DNA of 56,765 bases, taken from IMG/VR virus record IMGVR_UViG_3300045988_138309; one strand, 5' to 3'. Each line of letters begins with the position of its first letter. Position 1 is the stretch's first letter. This DNA comes from a virus. The translations under genes were made by a program, and so were the position numbers. The notes under the pieces are model-generated. The model made no database searches. It was not told where the DNA came from and saw only the letters and a list, made by a program, of their open reading frames with translations. Shown here one piece after another: positions 1-9,848 of this stretch.

Positions 1-55
1 GTGGGGTAGGTGGCGGTGGGGCGGTCGGTGCTGGGGCGGTCGGTGCTGGGGCGGT
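1..55. repeat. Terminal overlap identical to 56711-56765, indicating circular closure of the contig
   Basis: First and last 55 nt compared by eye and found identical. Contains about 2.5 copies of a 15-nt unit GGGGCGGTCGGTGCT. Confidence 0.95.
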
Positions 56-71
56 TCGTGCAGGTGCTCAT
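1..71 (-). CDS. 5' end of the junction-spanning gene (start codon is complement of 69-71). N-terminus MSTCTNRPSTDRPSTDRPTATYP continues into 56710 and downward.
   Basis: The reverse-complement reading frame runs without a stop into the 55909..56481 frame once the 55-nt overlap is collapsed. Total is 873 nt (290 aa). Confidence 0.7.
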   Translation of the reverse strand, partial: MSTCTNRPSTDRPSTDRPTATYP

Positions 72-77
72 GCCCCT

Positions 78-107
78 ACTGTATGCCGGCATACAGTGGG
101 AGTGCAA
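78..107 (-). promoter_or_regulatory. Promoter of the junction gene, apparently leaderless
   Basis: On the minus strand: TTGCAC (102-107), 18-nt spacer, TACAGT (78-83), 6 nt, then ATG at 71. The palindrome GTATGccggCATAC (81-94) overlaps the -10. Confidence 0.55.
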
Positions 108-418
108 GCCCGGGCCAGGCACGGGGGCGGGCTCCAGCCATGACCGTCCTCACAGGCAGGGACGCCCCTTCGTGCACAGGTAGGGCACTCCTATGGGTAG
201 GCCCCTATACATAAGCATGCACGATGGTGGGGGTCGGGGCCCGCCAGCCGCGCGCTGACCGCGAGCGCGAGCCCGTCCACTCATAGGCATGCCTGATGAG
301 GTGGCACGACCACGAAGGCCCGATCGATCGGCCCGAGCAGCCGGGGCCGAGCCCGCACCCATAGGGTTTCTCGATGTTCACGGCCGGATTGATAGGGAGG
401 GGGTGGGCTAGGCCCCCC

Positions 419-467
419 TATAATCTGCACATATAAGCCACCCTCAACCTTTTGTATGGGAGCATAC
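419..467 (+). promoter_or_regulatory. TATAAT box plus operator-like palindrome over the RBS of the first late-region gene
   Basis: TATAAT at 419-424 with no good -35. GTATGggagCATAC at 454-467 contains the GGGAG Shine-Dalgarno for the ATG at 468. Confidence 0.35.
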
Positions 468-983
468 ATGTCACCTTCAACCCCTTCCCCCGCGTCTGCG
501 GGAGCGCCCGGCAGCGCCTCACGGGCGCTGGTCGACGCGGCTCTGCTCGCCGTGGACTCCCTCCTCCTGACGGGCGCGGCGCTGCGCGTCACCCGCTTCG
601 CCACGACCGACGTCCTGGGCGGCTGGGTCCTGTCGGACCCCCTGCACCGGCTGGCCGAGCGCCTGGAGCCGGCCACCCCGCCCCACCCCTTCGGCTACCT
701 CGCCCCGCCCTCGGCGCCGCTGCACCGCCTGGTCTCAGCCCTGGACTGTCCGTTCTGCGTCGGCACCCAGGCCACCCTCGTCATCGGCCTCGGCATGGCT
801 CTGACCTCGTCCCGCGCCCGCCGCCGCTCCGGCCTCGGCCTGGCCCTGCGAGCCGCCTCGGCCTCCCTCGCGGCGGCCTACGTTGTGGGCCACGTCTCCC
901 ACCGGCTCGACACGCCCGCCGCCACGCCGGCACCTGCCCAGCCTCAGCCCGCCCCCGCACCGACAGCGAAGGACTCGAAGTGA
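468..983 (+). CDS. DUF1360-like integral membrane protein
   Basis: LRVTRF..D and CPFCVGTQ motifs flanked by hydrophobic helices. GGGAG lies 5 nt upstream of ATG 468 (the track lists 456). The stop overlaps the portal start (GTGA). Confidence 0.55.
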   Translation: MSPSTPSPASAGAPGSASRALVDAALLAVDSLLLTGAALRVTRFATTDVLGGWVLSDPLHRLAERLEPATPPHPFGYLAPPSAPLHRLVSALDCPFCVGTQATLVIGLGMALTSSRARRRSGLGLALRAASASLAAAYVVGHVSHRLDTPAATPAPAQPQPAPAPTAKDSK

Positions 984-2776
984 CCGTCCAGAACGTCTCC
1001 AGCCTCGACGCCTACCGCTCCCGCGCCCTGGCCCGCCGCGGCGTCATCGTCCAGCAGGCCCCGGCCCCCCGCACCCTGACCGCCGCGGCCTCCCGACCCA
1101 CGGCGGCCGCTGCCCGTTCCCGCACCACGCCCCCGGCCGGCGCCTCGCGCGGCTCAGCGCTCGGCTCGCGCTCGTGGCAGGCGGAGGCGTGGGCGGCCTA
1201 CGACGAGGTCGGTGAGGAGCGGTTCCTGGCCTCGACCCTGGCCGGCCGCCTGTCCCAAGCCCGCCTCTACGTCCAGCACAAGCCCGCCACCGGCCCGCAC
1301 TCGTCCCTCCGCGACGACGAGACGGATGCGACCGACACCGCCGCCGGCCCCACCGCCCAGCTGGCCGAGGCGGTCCTCGCGGCGCTCGGCGCCAGCCAGC
1401 AGGACCTGGGCCAGATGCTGCAGAGGCTCGCGACGAACCTGTTCGTGGCGGGCGAGGGCTGGCTGGTCGGCGTGCCGCGCCATGTCATCGACGAGGTGTC
1501 CCCGTCCGCGGCGCCGGCGGTCACCGCCCCCTCACCCGATCCCTCCCTCACAGATCTCGTGTGGCGCGTTCTGGCCGTCACGGAGGTCTCCTCCGTCGGC
1601 TCCGACGGGCGCACCGTGCGCCTGAACCTGGGCACCGACGGCTCGGCCCCGGTCGAGGTCTCCGCCGACGAGGTCTACATGGTCCGCGTGTGGCGCCCGC
1701 ACCCCGCCCGCTACTGGGAGGCGGACTCGCCCACGAGAGCCTGCCTGCCGATCCTGCGCGAGCTCATTGGCCTGACCCGCCACATCAGCGCCCAGATCGA
1801 CTCCCGGCTGGCCGGCGCCGGCATCCTGGTCGTGCCCTCCTCGGCCTCGGCCGCGCTGGCCTCGGACGCCGCGGACTCCAACGCCTACGGCGCGCCGGAC
1901 CCGTTCGTGGCCGCGCTCATGGACTCGATGCTGCGGCCGATCGAGAACCGGGACGACGCCTCCGCCGTCGTGCCCCTCGTGGTGACCGTGCCGGACGAGG
2001 CGGCGGACAAGATGAGCCACCTCACGTTCTCCTCGGCCCTGGACTCCGGCGCCCGGGACCTGCGGGACGAGGCGATCCGGCGCCTGGCCCTGGCCCAGGA
2101 CGCCCCGCCGGAGCTGCTGCTCGGCTCGGGCGCCATGAACCACTGGGGCGCGTGGCTGACCCGCGAGGACACGGTGACCACGCACATCGAGCCGGTCCTG
2201 GCCCTCATCTGCGACGCGCTGACCAGCCAGTACCTCCGCCCGGTCCTGCTGAGCGCGGGCCTCTCGGAGGATGAGGTGCGCACCCTCTCGGTCGGCTACG
2301 ACGTGTCGGCCCTCGTGGCGAGACCGAACCGCTCGGAGGAGGCACTGAACCTCCACCGCGCCGGTGCCGTGTCGGACGAGGCGCTGCGCGAGGCGTCCGG
2401 ATTCGACGACTCCGACGCCAAGCCCCTGGACGAGCGGGCCCTCATGCAGGCCCTCGCCATGGTCACCAAGCGTCCGGACCTCATGGGCACGCTCGGCATC
2501 GGCCCACTGACCGAGGAGATCCTCAAGGCCTACAAGGGCGACTATTCGGCCCCGTCGGAGGCCCTTCGCGAGCTCGCCCTGCCGCCGACTCCGCCGGCCC
2601 CCGCAGCCTCTCCCGAGGACGGCCCCTCAGCCCCCAAGCCCGGCCAGGACGGCCCCGGCCGCCCGCCGAGTGGCGCCGACGCGGCCGAGCCGGGTAGGGT
2701 GCCCGGTAGCGAGGCGCCGATCTCATCCGGCGACGCTCGCCCGGAGTCATCCACCACGGCCCCTGCCGGGGCCTGA
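980..2776 (+). CDS. Portal protein
   Basis: GTG 980 is preceded by GAAGGA. The sequence WQAEAWAAYDEVGEERF is portal-like. Lies at the head of the morphogenesis block. The first 176 codons of track ORF 452..2776 are out-of-frame overlap with the membrane gene. Confidence 0.7.
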   Translation: MTVQNVSSLDAYRSRALARRGVIVQQAPAPRTLTAAASRPTAAAARSRTTPPAGASRGSALGSRSWQAEAWAAYDEVGEERFLASTLAGRLSQARLYVQHKPATGPHSSLRDDETDATDTAAGPTAQLAEAVLAALGASQQDLGQMLQRLATNLFVAGEGWLVGVPRHVIDEVSPSAAPAVTAPSPDPSLTDLVWRVLAVTEVSSVGSDGRTVRLNLGTDGSAPVEVSADEVYMVRVWRPHPARYWEADSPTRACLPILRELIGLTRHISAQIDSRLAGAGILVVPSSASAALASDAADSNAYGAPDPFVAALMDSMLRPIENRDDASAVVPLVVTVPDEAADKMSHLTFSSALDSGARDLRDEAIRRLALAQDAPPELLLGSGAMNHWGAWLTREDTVTTHIEPVLALICDALTSQYLRPVLLSAGLSEDEVRTLSVGYDVSALVARPNRSEEALNLHRAGAVSDEALREASGFDDSDAKPLDERALMQALAMVTKRPDLMGTLGIGPLTEEILKAYKGDYSAPSEALRELALPPTPPAPAASPEDGPSAPKPGQDGPGRPPSGADAAEPGRVPGSEAPISSGDARPESSTTAPAGA

Positions 2777-2809
2777 CCGCCCACACCGACCATCACCTCA
2801 GGAGAACCC

Positions 2810-3340
2810 ATGGCACCTCACCCGCCCACAGCCGACGCCGCCCGCGCCTACGCGGCGGCGTCGGCCGCTACCTCCCCCGCCCTCTCCCAGCCGCGCCGCA
2901 ACCCCGACGCTCGCCTGACCGCTCACGGCCGGGACGTTGACGCCACGGCGCTGGTCGCCGTCGTTGACGTCCTGGTCGTCAAGGCGCTGGAGGCCGTCGG
3001 CAAGCGGATCGTGCGCGCCGACAGGGCCCGCTTCAACGCGCTCAAGGGCCGCCCGTTCCACGAGGCTCACGTCCTGTGGCCGACGGACATCATCACCGTG
3101 AGCAAGGCCACGAAGGGCGCGTGGGACGTCGTTCCGGCCCTGCTCGACAACCACGGCTGCCCCGGCGTCGAGTCCGGCCGCGTCGTGACCCTGCTGGACG
3201 CCTACGTCTCCCAGGTCGCCACTCACGGCGTCCCGCACCGCCTGGACCGGCTCGTGACAGCTCTGCGCTACGTCCTGCCGGAGAACGCTCTCATCCGCAC
3301 GCCGTCCCTTAACCGGGCGTCCCTTGAGGAGGTGCGATGA
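2810..3340 (+). CDS. Hypothetical protein in the head module
   Basis: AGGAGAA RBS, high GC3, ATGA-type overlap with the next gene. Confidence 0.6.
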   Translation: MAPHPPTADAARAYAAASAATSPALSQPRRNPDARLTAHGRDVDATALVAVVDVLVVKALEAVGKRIVRADRARFNALKGRPFHEAHVLWPTDIITVSKATKGAWDVVPALLDNHGCPGVESGRVVTLLDAYVSQVATHGVPHRLDRLVTALRYVLPENALIRTPSLNRASLEEVR

Positions 3341-5712
3341 CTGGCTCCGCCCCGACCTCCCACGACGTCGATCTCCTGGCCGAGGGCCCAGCGGACTGGG
3401 AGTCCCTCGAGTCGGTGTCGGGCTGGCGCGACGCGATCGAGGACCAGTACCTCGACCTGGCCGAGCCGGTCCTGAACGACTTCCTGCGCCGCGTGCGCGC
3501 CCTGGCCGAGGACGCGCTGGACTCTCCGGTCCTGACGGCGGCCGGTGACCGGGTGCCGAACCAGTTCGCATGGACATCTGTTCGAAGTGCATGGCAGGCC
3601 GCCATACGCGACCTCGTCCGCGACGACCGCGGCCGGCGGCGCCTGCCTCAGTACGCGACCGTGCAGCGCATCCTGGAGGACTCCGGCCTGCCGGTCGCCG
3701 TCTACGAGGACGTGCGCGCCCTCCTCAAGCGCGCCGCCTCCGAGGGCTGGGGCGAGCGGAAGACGAAGATCGAGCTCGGCCGGCTGCTCGGCACCTCCCG
3801 CCGCAAGGGCGAGGCCACGACCGCCTACGCCGCCCGTCTGCGCACCCTGGCCCGCACCGCGGCGACGGCGAACGCCGCCCACCGCATGGCGACCTCGGAC
3901 CTGGCCCGCAGGCGTGGCCGACTGCGCTGGGTCACGGTCCACGACAACCGGGTGCGGCCTACTCACGTCGAGGCCGACGGGCAGGTGCAGGACCTCGGGA
4001 CCCCGTTCCACGTCGGGGACTCCCTCCTGCTCTATCCGGGCGACCCTGCAGGGCCTCCGAAGGAGGTGGCTAACTGCCGCTGCATCCTCATCCCGACCGA
4101 CGCACGCCCCGCCGTCAACCAGGCCGTGAACGTCAAGTACTCAGCCGCAGACATCGAAAGGACAGCCATGAAGCTACGCATTGAGGAGACGGCCCGCCGC
4201 GTGGGCGAGTTCTCCGACCTTCGGGCCGGGGACTCGGAGCCCGTCGGCGACACCGTTCCCGACCCCGCCCCGACGCCTGACGCCCCGGACCCCGCCCCCG
4301 ACGGACGCTGGGAGGGCGTCATCGCCCGCGAGGGGGAGATGACCGGCGACGGCCGCCTCATCGAGGACGGCGCCCTGCGCTGGGACGGCCTCCCCATCCC
4401 GCTGCGTGTGGCGTTCAAGGACGTAGGCGGCCACGACGGCGCCGAGGTCTGCGGCCGTATCGAGACCGTCGAGCGCCGCGACAATGGCGACATCTACGCC
4501 ACCGGGACCTTCGACCTAGGCAGTGCCGTAGGGGTCGAGGCGTACCGGCAGGTCAGCGAGCAGATGTCCAATGGCGTCTCCATCGACACGGACGACGTGA
4601 CTTTCAGGATCATGGCGAAGGCAGACATGCCTGAGGCCGACGTTGCAGATTCCGGCAACGACTCGGACGACGAGCCCGGCCCCGATGGCCGGGTCAAGGT
4701 CGCCGCCATGTCGTCCTCGGACGAGCTGATGGTCATCGAGTCGGCCCGCCTGCGCGCCGCCACCCTCGTGGCCGTCCCCGCCTTCGCCACGGCTCGCGTC
4801 TACGCCGCTGGGCAGGCCCCCGGCACCTCGGAGACCCCTGAGCGCGACGAAAACGTCGATTCTGAGACAGAAATGGCTCGCTCAGCAGATGCCTACCCGC
4901 TGAGCCGCGACGCCCTGACCGCTGCGGCTATTCCTACAGCCCCGCCGGAGGCTTGGTTCAAGGACCCGAACCTGACCGGCCCGACAGCCCTCGTGGTCGA
5001 GGACGACGGTCGCGTCTACGGCCACATCGCGGCCTGGGGCACCTGCCACATCGGGCAGGTCGGGAAGTGCGTCGAGCCGCCCACGTCCCCCTCGAACTAC
5101 GCCTACTTCCGCACCGGAGCGCTGCGCACGGCCGAGGGCACGTCCGTTGCTGTGGGGCATCTCACAATGGGGACAGGTCACGCCGGTCCTCGGGACTCCG
5201 CCAACGCCGCCGCCGAGCACTACGACAACACCGGGACCGTCTTCGCCGACGTCACGGCCGGTGAGGACGCCTACGGCATCTGGGTAGCCGGGGCTCTCCG
5301 CCCCGGCATCACCGCCGAGCAGGTCCGGGTGGCCCGCTCCGCCCCGATCTCCGGCGACTGGCGCACGATTCGTGGAGCTCTCGAGCTCGTCGGCGCCCTG
5401 GCGGTCAATGTCCCCGGCTTCCCGGTGCCCCGCCCACAGGGCCTCCTGGCTTCTGGCGAGGTCCGCTCCCTTCAGGCCTCCGGTGTCGTGGCTCACGACG
5501 ACTCCGCCGCCCGGGCTGCGCACCCCTCGAGCCGGATGGCGGGCGACGGCCTCACGCTCGGGGACATCTCCTACCTGAAGCGCCTGGCGGAGTCCGAGCG
5601 CCGGCGCGACCTTCAGCGCGCGACGGCCGCCGACAGGATGCGTGCCCGAGTCGAGCGCGCCGGTACACTGGCCAAGGCGGCGTCCATGGCGCGCCGTCTC
5701 GGATCCATCTGA
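3337..5712 (+). CDS. MuF-like head morphogenesis domain fused to a capsid maturation protease
   Basis: MuF/SPP1 gp7 signature HDNRVRPTH...PGDP...NCRC. The C-terminal part has [10 protein letters not shown]...C..PP, typical of actinophage prohead proteases. Confidence 0.7.
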   Translation: MTGSAPTSHDVDLLAEGPADWESLESVSGWRDAIEDQYLDLAEPVLNDFLRRVRALAEDALDSPVLTAAGDRVPNQFAWTSVRSAWQAAIRDLVRDDRGRRRLPQYATVQRILEDSGLPVAVYEDVRALLKRAASEGWGERKTKIELGRLLGTSRRKGEATTAYAARLRTLARTAATANAAHRMATSDLARRRGRLRWVTVHDNRVRPTHVEADGQVQDLGTPFHVGDSLLLYPGDPAGPPKEVANCRCILIPTDARPAVNQAVNVKYSAADIERTAMKLRIEETARRVGEFSDLRAGDSEPVGDTVPDPAPTPDAPDPAPDGRWEGVIAREGEMTGDGRLIEDGALRWDGLPIPLRVAFKDVGGHDGAEVCGRIETVERRDNGDIYATGTFDLGSAVGVEAYRQVSEQMSNGVSIDTDDVTFRIMAKADMPEADVADSGNDSDDEPGPDGRVKVAAMSSSDELMVIESARLRAATLVAVPAFATARVYAAGQAPGTSETPERDENVDSETEMARSADAYPLSRDALTAAAIPTAPPEAWFKDPNLTGPTALVVEDDGRVYGHIAAWGTCHIGQVGKCVEPPTSPSNYAYFRTGALRTAEGTSVAVGHLTMGTGHAGPRDSANAAAEHYDNTGTVFADVTAGEDAYGIWVAGALRPGITAEQVRVARSAPISGDWRTIRGALELVGALAVNVPGFPVPRPQGLLASGEVRSLQASGVVAHDDSAARAAHPSSRMAGDGLTLGDISYLKRLAESERRRDLQRATAADRMRARVERAGTLAKAASMARRLGSI

Positions 5713-5729
5713 GGAAAGGAACAGAAATC

Positions 5730-5849
5730 ATGGGATGCGGATGTGGACGTACTACAACTCCCCCGGTAGGCACCGAGCCCCGGCCGCTGGCCGATGGCAC
5801 CCTGCCCGGTGATGGCTCCAAGGACTCCTCCCCGATCACCCGCTTCTAG
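5730..5849 (+). CDS. Possible 39-aa small protein (MGCGCGRTTTPPVG...), not in the ORF track
   Basis: GAGGAAAGGA RBS about 10 nt upstream of the ATG. Followed by a strong terminator. Confidence 0.3.
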   Translation: MGCGCGRTTTPPVGTEPRPLADGTLPGDGSKDSSPITRF

Positions 5850-5928
5850 GCGTAGCGCCATCCATCGTCATCGGCTATGATGGTCCCCGTTAGAGGTCTC
5901 ATGGACTCCTGACGCTGGGTGGATCAGG

Positions 5929-5971
5929 CAGAACCCCCGCACCGTTTGCTCATGGCGGTGCGGGGGTTCTG
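5929..5971 (+). terminator. Intrinsic terminator hairpin
   Basis: CAGAACCCCCGCACCG / CGGTGCGGGGGTTCTG 16-bp stem followed by TTCGTCTT. Confidence 0.7.
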
Positions 5972-6100
5972 TTCGTCTTATGAGGGCCATCCCACTCATA
6001 GGTGTATCCTTTAAGCCAACGGCATGGCAGCAGGGCCTCGTGTGTACCCCGCTGGGGACGGGAACCCTGCCCAGCAACGAGACACGAAGGACCCCTCAAC

Positions 6101-7978
6101 ATGCGAAAGCACTTCGATATCACCGTCTTCGCCGACCAGGCCGACGACGCTCCGGTCGAGACCTTCGACCTGGAGATCCCCGAGAACCTGTCCGACCTGA
6201 GCGCCGCCGACCTCGGCGACCTGCGCTCCAAGGCCGTTGACGCCTTCCAGACCCTCTACGCCGGCGGCGAGTTCACCGACGAGGACCTTGCCACCCTCGG
6301 CACCCTGACCGACGGCATCGAGGTCCTGTCCGCTGAGATCAGCGCCCGCGAGCAGGCCGCCGCCGAGCGCGCCGCCAAGGCCGCCGAGATGGCCGCCAAG
6401 GTCGGTGCCGACAAGCCGGCCGACGACTCCAAGCCCGCTCCCGCCGATGACGACGAGGACGACGCCCCCACCGATGACTCGGACGACGCGGACGACACTC
6501 CGGCCGAGAAGAAGGCCGACGCCGCTGAGGACGAGGCCGAGCGACAGGCTGCCGAGAAGAAGGCCAAGGCCGCCGCGGCCGACGTCGAGCCCGAGACCGT
6601 CACCGCTGCCGCCCCTCGCGGCCCCATCAAGCTGTCCGGCATCCGTCGGCACGTTCACACCCCCGCACCTGCGATCACTGAGGAGACCTCCGTGGAGGAC
6701 ACCGCTAAGGCCCGCCTGACCGTGGCCGACGTCCCCGGCTTCGCCGCCGACTCCGACGCTTCCTTCGAGGACCTGGCCGTCGCCCTCGACCGCCGCCTCC
6801 AGGGCTTCAACTCCGGCGCCTACGCCGCCGCCGCTCGCGCCGGCCGCGCCATGAGCGAGCGCCACAGCCTCGCCGTCGTGCGCAAGCACTTCGACGAGCG
6901 CGCCACCGTCTCCTCCCCTGAGAGCGCCGACGCCGCCATGGCCTTCGCCGTCAACGAGAAGAACCTCCCCGGCGGCTCCCTCGTCGCGGCCGGCGGCTGG
7001 TGCGCCCCCTCCGAGACCGTCTACGACCTGCTCGAGGACGAGTCCCGCGACGGCCTGATCTCCCTGCCCGAGATCAACGTCACCCGCGGCGGCATCAAGT
7101 TCACCAAGGGCCCCAAGTTCGCCGACCTCTACGCGGCTCCCTCCTTCAACTTCACCGAGGAGGAGGCGAAGGCCGGCAAGTACGCCCCCACCTCCGCCAC
7201 CGACCCGACCAACAAGGTCGGCCCCAAGCCCGTCTACAGCGTGCCCTGCACCGAGTTCGAGGACGTCCGCCTCTCCGCGGCCGGTCTCCACATCCAGGCC
7301 AACCTGCTCCAGCAGCGCGGCTACCCCGAGCTGGTCGCCCGCACCATCCGCGGTGCCCTCGTCGCTCACGAGCACAAGATGAGCGAGCGGATCATCGCCT
7401 CCATGGAGCGCCAGTCCACTGCCGTCTCCATGGACACCGGCCAGATCGGCGCCGCCGCCCCGATCCTGACCGCCATTGAGCTGCAGGTCGAGCACTACCG
7501 CTACGCTCAGCGCCTCTCCCGCTCCACCACCCTGGAGGCGGTCTTCCCCTACTGGGTCCACGGCGCCATCCGCACCGACCTGTCCCGCCGTCAGGGCGTC
7601 GACCTCACCGACGTCAACGACGCCCGCATCGACGCCTGGTTCAAGGCCCGCGGCGTCAACCCCCAGTTCGTCTACGACTGGCAGGCCCTGACCGGCGCGG
7701 CCGGCGACTTCAAGGTCTGGGGCTCCAGCCTGAAGTTCCTGCTCTACTCGGCGGGTACCTTCGTCAAGGGTGGCCAGGACGTCATCACCCTGGACACCGT
7801 CTACGACTCGACCCTGCTCGGCCAGAACGACTACACCGCCCTGTTCACCGAGGAGGGCTACCTGGTCGCCAAGCGCGGTCACGACGCCCGCGTCGTGACG
7901 GTGCCGATCAACCCGAACGGCGGCACCGGCACCGGCATCAAGCTCCTCGCCAACGGCACGGCTGACCCGGCCAAGTGA
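6101..7978 (+). CDS. Major capsid protein with a long acidic/coiled-coil, scaffold-like N-terminal extension
   Basis: ATG 6101 with GAAGGA RBS. The N-terminal roughly 200 aa are rich in A/E/D/K. The C-terminal part has GGWCAPSE and matches my recollection of actinophage capsid proteins. A strong terminator follows. Confidence 0.6.
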   Translation: MRKHFDITVFADQADDAPVETFDLEIPENLSDLSAADLGDLRSKAVDAFQTLYAGGEFTDEDLATLGTLTDGIEVLSAEISAREQAAAERAAKAAEMAAKVGADKPADDSKPAPADDDEDDAPTDDSDDADDTPAEKKADAAEDEAERQAAEKKAKAAAADVEPETVTAAAPRGPIKLSGIRRHVHTPAPAITEETSVEDTAKARLTVADVPGFAADSDASFEDLAVALDRRLQGFNSGAYAAAARAGRAMSERHSLAVVRKHFDERATVSSPESADAAMAFAVNEKNLPGGSLVAAGGWCAPSETVYDLLEDESRDGLISLPEINVTRGGIKFTKGPKFADLYAAPSFNFTEEEAKAGKYAPTSATDPTNKVGPKPVYSVPCTEFEDVRLSAAGLHIQANLLQQRGYPELVARTIRGALVAHEHKMSERIIASMERQSTAVSMDTGQIGAAAPILTAIELQVEHYRYAQRLSRSTTLEAVFPYWVHGAIRTDLSRRQGVDLTDVNDARIDAWFKARGVNPQFVYDWQALTGAAGDFKVWGSSLKFLLYSAGTFVKGGQDVITLDTVYDSTLLGQNDYTALFTEEGYLVAKRGHDARVVTVPINPNGGTGTGIKLLANGTADPAK

Positions 7979-7985
7979 TGACTCC

Positions 7986-8017
7986 GGGGCGGGCGGCGGC
8001 CAGTCCCCGCCCGCCCC
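7986..8017 (+). terminator. Terminator hairpin after the capsid gene
   Basis: GGGGCGGGCGG / CCGCCCGCCCC 11-bp stem. Confidence 0.6.
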
Positions 8018-8058
8018 GTGACCATCCCTAGCCAATCACCGTCCAGCAAGGAGGACAG

Positions 8059-8898
8059 ATGCCCATCATCGCACCGAAGCAGCGCATCGAGGCGCCGGTC
8101 ACTCAGCGCCTGAAGGGCGGCCTCTTCTCCCGGTTCGCCCCCATCGAGGACTCCTCGATCCGCTGGGAGAACGGCGTCACCTGGGAGGACGTCGCGCGCA
8201 CCGACGTCGGCACCATCGGCCAGTACCAGAAGCCAGGCACCGTCAAGGGCCTGCCCAAGGTCCTGGACAAGCCCAAGGGCGTGACCGTCGAGTCGATGGA
8301 GCCGATCACCGTCTACGCCACGTTCCGCACCACTCCTCTCGACCACTCCCCGGAGGAGGCCGTCGCCATCGCGGCCCAGCGCCTCGCCCAGTACGAGGAG
8401 TACGCGGTCGAGAAGGCGCTGTGGAACGGCGTCGGCGGCGCGGGGCCCGCGCTCAAACGCGCTCAGGAGTGGGCCAACGACGCGGGCGCTCAGCCGGCCG
8501 AGGGCGCTTGGAACGCCGCCGAGAAGTACGCCCACACTCCGGGCGTGGCCCCGACGTTCCACCTCTCACAGCGCCTCGGGTCGATGCTGGCCGGGCGCAT
8601 GTACATCGACACGGACCCGCGGACCGGCGAGTCCTACACCCGCATGGGGACTCCTGTGGTCTTCGGCGACGGGTACGACGACACCCCCCCGATCATCGCG
8701 TCCACCGGGCCGATCCTGATCTACCGCGGGGACGTCTTCACCTCGACCAACGGGGCGGGCGGCTTCGACAAGGGGACGAACGACCTGACGGCTGTCGCCG
8801 AGCGGCAGTACGTCATCGCGTTCAACCCGGACGACGCCTACTTCGTGAAGGTGTCCACGGACCCCGGCACCGGCAAGTACGTGGCCCGCCAGTTCTGA
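8059..8898 (+). CDS. Virion structural protein, capsid-associated or capsid-fold candidate
   Basis: AAGGAGGA RBS. Position in the head module and an EEYAVEKALWNGVGG-type motif reminiscent of HK97-family proteins. Assignment is uncertain. Confidence 0.35.
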   Translation: MPIIAPKQRIEAPVTQRLKGGLFSRFAPIEDSSIRWENGVTWEDVARTDVGTIGQYQKPGTVKGLPKVLDKPKGVTVESMEPITVYATFRTTPLDHSPEEAVAIAAQRLAQYEEYAVEKALWNGVGGAGPALKRAQEWANDAGAQPAEGAWNAAEKYAHTPGVAPTFHLSQRLGSMLAGRMYIDTDPRTGESYTRMGTPVVFGDGYDDTPPIIASTGPILIYRGDVFTSTNGAGGFDKGTNDLTAVAERQYVIAFNPDDAYFVKVSTDPGTGKYVARQF

Positions 8899-8952
8899 GC
8901 CCAGATGACCTACTCACCAACTCCAACACCAACGGGAAGGATGCGCTGAGCC

Positions 8953-9654
8953 ATGGCTAAGACGCACTCATACACACCAGTGCTGGGGAAGCGCATCCGC
9001 GTCACCCCGCTGGACACCTGCGGCAAGTTCGACAAGGCGCAGCACAAGCCGGTGGCTACCTCCGGCTTCGTGTCGGTCAAGCTCGCCGCCGAGGTCGAGG
9101 ACGGCACGGAGATCACGGTCCGCAAGGCCGACGGCTCCCTGTGCGTCAACGAGAAGCAGTCGAACACCTTCAAGTACTTCACGGTCGAGCTCGAGTTCTG
9201 TGGCGTGAACCCCTCCGTCCTGGACATCGTGACCAACGCCACGAAGTACCTGGACCACGCGGGCGACACCGCTGGCTTCAAGGTCGCCTACGGCAAGATC
9301 GAGAAGAAGTTCGCCCTCGAGCTGTGGACCGGCCTGTCCGGCCAGGCGTGTGCCGAGGGCGCTGAGGACGCCAGCGGCTACCTGCTGCTGCCGTTCATCA
9401 CCGCCGGCACGATCGGCGACATCGAGGTCACGGGTGAGGACGCCATCTCGTTCTCCATGACCGGCGCCGTCACCAAGTCCGGCAACGCCTGGGGCACCGG
9501 CCCCTACGATGTGGTCAAGAAGGCCAAGCAGGGCGGAGGCGGCTTCGAGAACGCGAAGCTCCCGACCCCGCTCGACCCGCTCGACCACCTCCTCATGATC
9601 GACACGGCTCTCGCTCCCCCGCCGGACAGCGACCAGCCCGTCACCGTCCCCTGA
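8953..9654 (+). CDS. Putative major tail (tube) protein
   Basis: 233 aa, beta-rich, tail-tube-like pattern. Followed by a nested terminator, as expected for an abundant structural gene. Placement before the neck genes is atypical. Confidence 0.4.
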   Translation: MAKTHSYTPVLGKRIRVTPLDTCGKFDKAQHKPVATSGFVSVKLAAEVEDGTEITVRKADGSLCVNEKQSNTFKYFTVELEFCGVNPSVLDIVTNATKYLDHAGDTAGFKVAYGKIEKKFALELWTGLSGQACAEGAEDASGYLLLPFITAGTIGDIEVTGEDAISFSMTGAVTKSGNAWGTGPYDVVKKAKQGGGGFENAKLPTPLDPLDHLLMIDTALAPPPDSDQPVTVP

Positions 9655-9676
9655 GAAACCCCGTCTCAGAGGCACT

Positions 9677-9716
9677 GACAGCCCCGTAGAGCGCACAAAC
9701 GCCCTGCGGGGCTGTC
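9677..9716 (+). terminator. Terminator hairpin, nested inside a 10-bp outer inverted repeat (9665-9674 / 9741-9750)
   Basis: GACAGCCCCG / CGGGGCTGTC stem extendable to about 13 bp. Confidence 0.55.
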
Positions 9717-9848
9717 GCCGTATAGGTTCCACGTGAACCTGCCTCTGAGGGCCTTAGGCGCCGCCTATAGGTATACTCATCCGTGCGGGCACCGCCTATA
9801 GCCGGCGGCGTAGCCATCCCGCACCACGCACGCGTTGTAGGAGAGGGC

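Noticed and set aside
1-55. The terminal repeat as a biological direct terminal repeat.
   Set aside because: An exact 55-nt overlap equals a commonly used assembler k-mer size (for example k=55), which fits circular-assembly overlap. A gene reads through it. The true physical ends cannot be inferred from the sequence alone.
452-2776. A single 774-aa ORF proposed as the portal gene.
   Set aside because: The first 176 codons are P/R/G-rich and overlap the better-supported membrane-protein frame (468..983). The portal-like sequence starts at GTG 980, which has an RBS.
6002-6100. An upstream start (6002) for the capsid gene.
   Set aside because: This segment is intergenic-looking. It contains the ACTCATAGG box, has A/T-ending codons and has no RBS. 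ATG 6101 has a GAAGGA RBS.
6011-8035. Very long antisense ORFs opposite real genes, for example 674 aa at 6011..8035 (minus). Others are 12648..13748, 37185..38237, 44991..45956 and 47432..48658.
   Set aside because: Their products are G/R/V/D/L/H-rich low-complexity sequences with no motifs. These are shadow frames, expected in high-GC DNA, and the sense-strand genes have clear domain signatures.
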